Source of the DNA: Bryobacterales bacterium
GTDB taxonomy: Bacteria > Acidobacteriota > Terriglobia > Bryobacterales > UBA6623
Reading direction: 5' to 3'
Assembly (NCBI GenBank): GCA_965207255.1
Contig: OZ242276.1
Location: 2,081,916-2,145,915 of the forward strand
DNA: 64,000 bases
Within the stretch, counting starts at the first letter, position 1, and the number at the start of each line of letters is the position of its first letter. Positions 57,662 through 64,000 of the stretch are shown here, piece by piece. A program made the translations under genes and the position numbers. The notes beneath the pieces are model-generated. The model saw nothing but the letters and a program-made list of their open reading frames with translations. It did no database searches and was not told the origin of the DNA.

Positions 57662-58459
57662 TTAGCCGGTGGTTCCCAGTTCGTCCGGGAACAGGGCCAC
57701 GCCGTCCGGCGGCGGCAGCAATTCCTTCAACAGCTGCAATCTGGTGCGAATGTGCTTGCTGGCGAGTTGCTTCGGGCCGCTGTCAAGGTCGATATCGCAG
57801 CACAGGCCGTGCAAGTACAGCGTCAAAGTGTCCGTCAATGCCGCATTGCGGTATTCGTCCAAGTACTTCTGCTTGTCTTCCGCGTCCGCCGCAAGGGAGA
57901 GCAGATCCTTCTTGCGCTGCCACGCAAATTCGTTGACCTCGCCGCGCGCGTTGGTCTTCAGCTCAATGTCAACCAACATATTGAACACGGCTTGAAGCTG
58001 CTCGTCAGAACACTCCATGATGCGCGCGGCAAGTGATTGATAGAACAGCACGTGGGCGTCGAAGTAATCGTCGCTGCGGATGGCCAAGAAGATGTAGTGC
58101 TCCGTTTCGGTCTTTTGATAGTCGGAATACCAGCGTCTGTCGGCAGGCGGTTGAGAAAAGCGAATCCGCACAACACCGTCATTGCCCTCGGCGCCCTCCG
58201 TGTCTTCCCCGCTGGCGAGGTATGGCACCAGCACCAAGCGCAAGTTGGGGACCAAGGTCAGGACCGCGGGCGGCAGTGCGCTGATCGGGTCGAAGACCAA
58301 GCGCTGGCGCTCTTTGTCGTCCAGCGGCTCTACAGAAAAGTACGAAACGTGCTCGTTTACGGGAATCAGCACCGTATGGCACGTGGCGACGAATTCCTTC
58401 GTGGGAATCCCTCGTGCGTCGTCAAGCTGAGCGGTGGATAGGGCCTGTACGTCCGACAC
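57662..58459 (-). CDS. hypothetical protein (265 aa)
   Basis: It is a clean ORF whose stop abuts the start of the SDR gene. No family was recognised. Confidence 0.5.
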   Translation of the reverse strand: MSDVQALSTAQLDDARGIPTKEFVATCHTVLIPVNEHVSYFSVEPLDDKERQRLVFDPISALPPAVLTLVPNLRLVLVPYLASGEDTEGAEGNDGVVRIRFSQPPADRRWYSDYQKTETEHYIFLAIRSDDYFDAHVLFYQSLAARIMECSDEQLQAVFNMLVDIELKTNARGEVNEFAWQRKKDLLSLAADAEDKQKYLDEYRNAALTDTLTLYLHGLCCDIDLDSGPKQLASKHIRTRLQLLKELLPPPDGVALFPDELGTTG

Positions 58460-58579
58460 CTTTCCTTGATCTTATCAGAGCAATTGGCCCTCTCGCGGGC
58501 CGTTCTGGCCCCGAATCACACGCAGGAGCGGGTCGCAGCACGGGAGCCAGAGCCCCCGCCGGCGCGGCAACCGAAAGCA

Positions 58580-60397
58580 ATGCCTGCAAGTCAGAAAGTA
58601 GTACCGTTGTTTAGCGAGATGACCGAGGGCAAACCTACCAAAGAAGCTCTGTCGACTTCGGCCGAGCAAATCTACACACCGCAGCCGGGAGAGCGGCAGA
58701 CGACCGCCCGGGCAGTCATCGCGGGCTGCCTGCTGGGCGGCTTCATCTCGTGCATGAACATCTACATGGGCTTGAAGATCGGCTGGTCATTCGGAGGGTC
58801 GCTGATCGCCGCGATTCTCGGGTTCGCGCTGTTCATGGCCATGGGGCGCTCCCTGTCGGTGCTGGAGTGCAATATCACGCAGACATCGGGTTCGGCCGCG
58901 GGCACGATGGCCTCGGCCGCCGGGCTGCTGGCGGCCATTCCCGCGATGGGCCTGCTGGGTTACGAGATCCCCATACCCGGACTGTTCTTGTGGGGTCTGT
59001 CGATCGCCTATCTGGGTGTCTTCTTCGCTGTTCCCCTGCGACGGCAGATGATCGACGTGGACAAGCTGCGCTTCCCCACCGGAACGGCAACAGCGGAAAC
59101 CATCCTGGCGATGTTTGCCAAAGCCGAGGAAGCGGTCGACAAGGCTAGAGCATTGCTCTGGACAGGCGCCGCGGCCGGTGCCTTCACGCTGGTAACCTAC
59201 TTCGTTCCGGCCCTTGAAATGCCACCCGCGGATCTGTTCGGGATCGGTGCGTTGGCGGTCGCAGCCACTTGGGGCTTCCGGCTCTACCTAGGACCGATGC
59301 TGTTCGGGGCGGGCATCCTGATCGGACCTCGGGTCGGTGCCAGCCTGGCTCTGGGAGCCGTTGTGGCCTGGGGCGTTCTGGGGCCTTGGGTGCAAGCCAA
59401 CGGCTGGGCGCCGGGCGACGTGATGAGCTACACAGATGGCCCACGTGGCTGGCTGCTGTGGCCCGGCGTCGCCATCATGGTCTCGGAAGCCCTGATGTCG
59501 CTGGCGCTGAGCTGGCGGACGTTCCTGCGCACGTTCCAGAGCGGACCCTTGATCGGGTCGAGCGAGGGCGGGGCGGACCGGATTCCGACCGCGTGGTGGC
59601 GTAACGGCCTAGCTGTCGCGGCGGTCGGCACGATCGTCGCGGCCTGGTACTTGTTCGAGATTCCGCCTCACCTCACCCTGATCGCGCTGATCCTGTCGTT
59701 CGCACTCGCAGCGGTGGCGGTTCGCTCCGCGGGCGAGACAGATATCAACCCGGTCGGTGGCATGGGCAAGGTCACCCAGCTGGTCTACGGCGGGATCGCA
59801 CCCGGCAGCACGTCTACGAACCTGATGGCGGCAGCCATCACGGGAGCGGGTGCGTCGCAAGCGGCGGACATGATGCAGGATCTCAAGACCGGCAAGCTGC
59901 TCGGCGCATCGCCCCGACGACAGTTCCTCGCACAATTGTGGGGCCTGGCTGCGGGCGTGCTGTTCTGCATCCCGGCCTACCTTCTGGTTACGAGCGCATA
60001 CCCCCTCGGCGGGGATCAGCTGCCAGCGCCGGCAGCCTTCGCTTGGAAAGCGATGGCCGAACTCCTGACCCAAGGCATTGAAGCGCTGCCGCCCAACGCG
60101 CTGCCAGCCGTGGCCGTCGGAGCGGTCTTCGGCGCACTGCTGGCCTGCCTGCGGACAGTGCCGATCTTGGCGCCGTACCTGCCCAGCGGCCTAGCGATCG
60201 GCATCGCCTTCATCGTGCAAGCATTCTTCTCGCTGGTGATCTTCTTCGGCTCGGTCGTGCTTGTGATCTGGCAGCAAGTCAGCCCGGGCCGCGCCAAGAG
60301 GCTCAGCTTCGCGGTTGCATCCGGCATGATTGCGGGCGAGGGGCTATTCGGTATCTTCAAGGCCGCGATGACCCTGCTGGACGTGCCAACGCTGTAG
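58580..60397 (+). CDS. OPT-family oligopeptide transporter
   Basis: It is a polytopic membrane protein with OPT-like blocks (RELT-like ERQTTARAVIAG..., FPTGTATAETI, GETDINPVGGMGKVTQL). The start is uncertain (58580 or 58619). Confidence 0.85.
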   Translation: MPASQKVVPLFSEMTEGKPTKEALSTSAEQIYTPQPGERQTTARAVIAGCLLGGFISCMNIYMGLKIGWSFGGSLIAAILGFALFMAMGRSLSVLECNITQTSGSAAGTMASAAGLLAAIPAMGLLGYEIPIPGLFLWGLSIAYLGVFFAVPLRRQMIDVDKLRFPTGTATAETILAMFAKAEEAVDKARALLWTGAAAGAFTLVTYFVPALEMPPADLFGIGALAVAATWGFRLYLGPMLFGAGILIGPRVGASLALGAVVAWGVLGPWVQANGWAPGDVMSYTDGPRGWLLWPGVAIMVSEALMSLALSWRTFLRTFQSGPLIGSSEGGADRIPTAWWRNGLAVAAVGTIVAAWYLFEIPPHLTLIALILSFALAAVAVRSAGETDINPVGGMGKVTQLVYGGIAPGSTSTNLMAAAITGAGASQAADMMQDLKTGKLLGASPRRQFLAQLWGLAAGVLFCIPAYLLVTSAYPLGGDQLPAPAAFAWKAMAELLTQGIEALPPNALPAVAVGAVFGALLACLRTVPILAPYLPSGLAIGIAFIVQAFFSLVIFFGSVVLVIWQQVSPGRAKRLSFAVASGMIAGEGLFGIFKAAMTLLDVPTL

Positions 60398-60570
60398 CGC
60401 CGCCGGGTGTCCGTCGGCGTGCGGATCGCGGGCGCGGCAGAACGGGGAGGCCGCCAGCTGATTCGCCCTCGGCGCTCCCAATCAGGGCACGGCTCGGCGC
60501 TGGCGACCGCCGGCTCGGGCAGACCTCCGCGCTACACTGCTGACGAGCAAATGAGATTGGAGGGCTCGCC

Positions 60571-61395
60571 GTGACGTACCGCCTATTCATCGCCGTGATC
60601 GCCTGTGCCGGACTGCAGGCGCAGTCGGGCTTGGAGATCGAAACCCCTGATCGCAAAGTAAGCCCATACGTCTTGGAACGGCTCGGGGAAGCTGACCGCA
60701 TCTTGTTCGACAAGCTGGCGCGGGCTCCGCTGGAGGCCGTCTGGTCCCAGTTGGAAAGCAGGGGCTACGCGCATTGCTTCATTAACGAGCTGGACGCCTT
60801 GCACCCGGACCGGCGGCTCGTGGGCCGGGCGCGCACGATGCGCTACCTGCCGACGCGGCCGGACCTGCGCGAGGAAATCTATGCCAAGCGCAAGCAGCTC
60901 AACTACGTGTCCGCCGAGGAAGCGCAGCCGGGGGACGTGCTGGTATTCGACGCCGGCGGCGACACTCGCTCCGCCGTGTCGGGCGAGATCACCACGGTAC
61001 GATTCCTGGCCCGCGGCGGGACAGGGCTGATCGTGGACGGGGCGCTGCGCGACGTGCCCGAGATCGCGGGCATGCCGCTGCAGGTGTACCAACGGCGCGG
61101 CCAAGCCTCCTCGGTGCGGCCCAATCTGATGAGCGTGGACTACCAAGTGCCCGTGCGCATCGGCAACGTCACCATCCGTCCGGGAGATCTCCTGCTTGGC
61201 GAGAGGCACGGGATCTTGGTGATCCCGGCGGCCCTGGCGGAGGAAGTCGTGGATGCGGCGCTCGCCAAACAAGACCTTGAGAGCTTCCAGCGCAAGCTGC
61301 TGCTGGAAGGGCGCTCGATCTACGGTGTCTACCCGCCAGACGACGACACCAAGCGCGAGTATGAGGAATCGCTGAAAGGCACACCAAGCCGGTAG
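60571..61395 (+). CDS. RraA-family protein (RraA / HMG-CHA aldolase fold) with an N-terminal signal-like segment
   Basis: It has a GTG start. The core is VLVFDAGGDTRSAVSGEITTVRFLARGGTGLIVDGALRDVPEI...IRPGDLLLGERHGILVIP. Confidence 0.8.
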   Translation: MTYRLFIAVIACAGLQAQSGLEIETPDRKVSPYVLERLGEADRILFDKLARAPLEAVWSQLESRGYAHCFINELDALHPDRRLVGRARTMRYLPTRPDLREEIYAKRKQLNYVSAEEAQPGDVLVFDAGGDTRSAVSGEITTVRFLARGGTGLIVDGALRDVPEIAGMPLQVYQRRGQASSVRPNLMSVDYQVPVRIGNVTIRPGDLLLGERHGILVIPAALAEEVVDAALAKQDLESFQRKLLLEGRSIYGVYPPDDDTKREYEESLKGTPSR

Positions 61396-61456
61396 GGGCA
61401 GACGCACGCGCTGCAGCGCGTCGATTCCGCCCGAGGGCAGGCAGCTTGGCAAGAGG

Positions 61457-61533
61457 TGGTACCGACGGATGGGTTCGAACCATCGACCTCCTGATCCACA
61501 ATCAGGCGCTCTAACCTGCTGAGCTACGTCGGC
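61457..61533 (-). tRNA. tRNA-His (anticodon GTG), CCA encoded, non-canonical -1/73 positions
   Basis: The reverse complement is GCCGACG-TA-GCTC-AGCAGGTTA-GAGC-G-CCTGA-TTGTGGA-TCAGG-AGGTC-GATGG-TTCGAAC-CCATC-CGTCGGT-A-CCA. The base preceding position 1 is T, the discriminator is A, and pair 1:72 is G:U. Confidence 0.88.
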
Positions 61534-62116
61534 ATCGCCGTGGTGCCGCAGTCATCGCTGCGCGGTCACGGGCGGCCCGTTCCCCTCAAGGTCCAGAATA
61601 CACCATCTGACCGCTTGGCTTGCCTCGCCGTGGGCATCGCCCAGCGATCCTGCAGACCCGAACACCTGACCAGATTCCTTCGTGGCGAGCAGCAACTGCA
61701 AGGGTCTCCACCGCTGCCGGCACGCTGCCGAAAGCAGCCACAGCTGGGGTCGAGTCGCCCAAGGGAGTCTCACTCTCGGGCGCTCTCACAACCGCTCGTG
61801 AAAGTCACCTCTCACAGGGCTCCTCTTAACCAGCCCGCCCATGCATCAAGTGCCAGTGCGCAAACAGGTCCGGCGCCAACTCGACAGGACCACCCGGTAG
61901 GAATCAACGCCTAGCTCGCCGTAGAGCGCGATCGAGTCGTGTTCCACAGGCAGGCTCACGAACTCTGTCGGCCGTTTACTGAATGGTCCAGCGCCCGCTC
62001 CATGTGCACCGCTGCTTCTGCGCTCGCGGCGCGGATGTGCGCGCCCCGTCCGCCGCCCCAATCGCGGGCAAGACCGAGATCCTGACGAAGTCGACTCCAC
62101 CACTATTGCCGCGCGT

Positions 62117-62650
62117 CTAATGCCTACTCGTGCGGCGATGGTCGTTGTCGAAGGCACGCGCAAAGGCTCGCAGGCGTTTGGTGACCTCCGCCTTGGGCAG
62201 CCTGCAACGCGGGTGATCACGGATGGTCACCAAGCCGTCGTGCAGCTGTCTTGGAGTCGCGGTGCGGTCCCGGAACATCCGCTCCAAGAGCCAGAGGAGT
62301 CCGTGGCAGGCGATGTTCTCGTCTCTGGCAAGCTGCCGGAGGCGGGCATCGCCGGTCAACAGCGTGCCACGGGTGGTATGTGCGAGGGCTAGGGCAAACG
62401 CGTCGGGCAGCGACAGCGCGGAGATAGCCTGGGTGTACCGGGCGGCCCGGGCAACCCCGGCGTCGTCGAGTTCGAGGACGCGGAGGCCCATGTGGAGGAG
62501 CCGGTCGCCGCCATAAGGTTCAAGTTCGCGCCGGTAGAGCAGGTCCGGCACGTAGAACTCCAGAGGCAAGGCGAAGGCGGCAGCGAAGAAGGCACCCCGC
62601 TCGAGATCGATGAGCACGGACGAGTCCGAAACGACCACGCGGCGGGCCAT
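62117..62650 (-). CDS. PIN-domain nuclease-like protein
   Basis: The N-terminal VVSDSSVLIDLERG (first acidic residue), later SLPDAFALALA and LLTGDARLRQLA fit a PIN fold. It lies 3 nt downstream of the XRE-ImmA gene. Confidence 0.65.
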   Translation of the reverse strand: MARRVVVSDSSVLIDLERGAFFAAAFALPLEFYVPDLLYRRELEPYGGDRLLHMGLRVLELDDAGVARAARYTQAISALSLPDAFALALAHTTRGTLLTGDARLRQLARDENIACHGLLWLLERMFRDRTATPRQLHDGLVTIRDHPRCRLPKAEVTKRLRAFARAFDNDHRRTSRH

Positions 62651-62653
62651 TCA

Positions 62654-63736
62654 TCAGTCCGCAACCGACGATGACGGCGGCCTCGTACCGCGCATGTAGT
62701 GGTCGACTTCGACGATGCCGATGTCTAAGAGTTCAGCCGCTTTGGAATCGCTGATGGCGCCTTCGGCGAGGGCGCGCAGACAGAGCCGGTTGAAGCGGTT
62801 CGGCCGCTCCCCGGCCATGGCACCGTACTCCTTGTAGGGGTGGGTGCGCCAGCCGAGTCGGTCGAACTCGCTGAACAGGGCGCGGTAGGTCGCCTGGTTG
62901 ATGATGTCGAGGTCACGGCAACGGTGGGTGAGGGCTTGGATGCTGACGCCGAAGACGTGCTTCAAGGCGAGCAGTTCGCCCAGCGGGATGGCGCTGCGGT
63001 GCTTGCCGACTTCTAGCCACAGCGCCTCGGCAGGCATGAGCAATGCGCCGGCAAAACGGTGGGCAACGCGTTCTGCATCGAGATGGGGGGGTACGCTGAG
63101 CACGATGTGACCGAGCTCGTGGGCGATCGTAAACCGCTGGCGCTCGCCCCAGTCTCCGGCGTTGACGACGATAAATGGGACCGACGGCAGGCCGGCCCGA
63201 CGTGCGCGCGCGGCTAAACCGCCGAGGCTGCCAAGCGGGAAGGCGAATATCTTGATGCCGCGTTCCTCAAGCAGCTCGACGAGGATGGGAATGGGCTCGT
63301 GGCCGAGGCCCCAGTGGCGGCGGAGTGCGTCAGCGGCGCGATCGGCCTCGATGGGATCGTGGAGGATGGGATAGGGCGCATCCCGCGGGGCGTCCCAGCG
63401 GGTGCTCGGCAGCCGTAGAATGTCCTCGATGGCCAGATACCGCTCGAGGTGGGCGAGCACGGTGGCCTCAGCCTGGGCTTCGGCGCGCTTGCTGGTGAAC
63501 GCGTTCTTCCTGAACTCAAGGCCGTCGAGGACGAGTTCGGGATCGCCAAGCAGGTATTCGACGGTGGTTTGCAGGCCGTCTGCAAGGGCCATGAGCACGC
63601 CGCTGCCGGGCATCGCCTCGTTGCGCTCGTACTTGCCAATGGCCTGAGCCGTGACGCGGTTATCTATCGCTGCGGCAAGGCCGCGTAGCGAAAGCCCAGC
63701 GGCCGTTCGCGCGAGCTTCAGTCGCGTACCGATCAT
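62654..63736 (-). CDS. XRE-family HTH fused to an ImmA/IrrE (COG2856, M78-like) metallopeptidase domain
   Basis: It has an N-terminal HTH (IGTRLKLARTAAGLSLRGLAAAI...QAIGKYERNE) and zinc motif FTIAHELGHIVL with downstream E...FAGALLMP. It starts at ATG 63736. Confidence 0.85.
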   Translation of the reverse strand: MIGTRLKLARTAAGLSLRGLAAAIDNRVTAQAIGKYERNEAMPGSGVLMALADGLQTTVEYLLGDPELVLDGLEFRKNAFTSKRAEAQAEATVLAHLERYLAIEDILRLPSTRWDAPRDAPYPILHDPIEADRAADALRRHWGLGHEPIPILVELLEERGIKIFAFPLGSLGGLAARARRAGLPSVPFIVVNAGDWGERQRFTIAHELGHIVLSVPPHLDAERVAHRFAGALLMPAEALWLEVGKHRSAIPLGELLALKHVFGVSIQALTHRCRDLDIINQATYRALFSEFDRLGWRTHPYKEYGAMAGERPNRFNRLCLRALAEGAISDSKAAELLDIGIVEVDHYMRGTRPPSSSVAD

Positions 63737-64000
63737 ATTGGTTCCTCCTCTTCGTGTTGACTGGTTTACATAATGACACATTTATATGGTTTTTGTAAAC
63801 TTCGAGCCTAGCGCCAGTGTGTGCCGGGCAGTGTCACGATTCGAGGCGGTGGCGGATGTCGCGGTTGAAGATCACGAGGGTTTCGGTCCAGAGCGATGAA
63901 TGTTAGGCAGTGGTGGCGGTCGACGACGAGGGGCGCGGGAGCACGCTGTACGCAGCTCTCCAATGGGGTATGCAGCAGGCAGGATTCGAAGGCTTCGCAG

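Noticed and set aside
60583-61452. 289-aa ORF antisense to the RraA-family gene, running into the tRNA-His region
   Set aside because: The forward frame has the RraA-family core. The antisense translation is low-complexity and would overlap a tRNA.
61540-62116. ORFs of 67-124 aa between tRNA-His and the PIN gene
   Set aside because: Their translations are Arg/Pro/Ser-rich with no integrase or other motifs. They are treated as non-coding or decayed DNA.

Overview
This is a 64 kb high-GC bacterial chromosomal segment. By my own spot counts of single 60-nt lines, core genes are about 70% GC and accessory blocks about 43-55%. The gene content includes a BON + VWFA protein with the acidobacterial-type C-terminus, a PSCyt/DUF1549/DUF1553 protein, DUF1080, and many Tat-signal oxidoreductases and dehydratases. 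That points to an Acidobacteriota- or PVC-like soil organism, which is inference only.

Core content:
- grpE-dnaJ.
- A long suf operon (sufB-sufC-sufD-sufS-sufT-rrf2-apbC-like).
- A sugar nucleotidyltransferase and an AGCS symporter.
- A LarA-like protein and three tandem Tat-signal enolase-superfamily dehydratases.
- A UxuA-like dehydratase, three secreted alpha/beta hydrolases and a Gfo/Idh/MocA oxidoreductase.
- A CNNM/CorC protein, an OPT transporter and an RraA-family protein.
- tRNA-Ala(CGC) and tRNA-His(GTG).

Accessory content, the interesting part:
1. A tightly coupled minus-strand operon at 6790-10665: compact UvrD-like helicase + DarT-like ADP-ribosyltransferase + ADP-ribosylglycohydrolase.
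2. A lower-GC island of about 11.5 kb abutting the 3' end of tRNA-Ala (36025-47583). It holds an AbiEi-like gene, a SIR2-HerA pair whose SIR2 gene is split by an intact IS1595-family element (38-bp IRs, 8-bp TSD), and an overlapping AbiEii-like nucleotidyltransferase. It also holds a translationally coupled pair of an unrecognised 518-aa protein and a 908-aa double-HKD (PLD) protein.
3. An XRE-ImmA/IrrE + PIN pair near tRNA-His.
4. Decayed mobile or accessory remnants: an IS630 N-terminal fragment, a multiply frameshifted DUF4338 gene, and a homopolymer frameshift in a small conserved gene.

No rRNA or CRISPR array was seen. All family assignments come from motif recognition by eye, not from searches.
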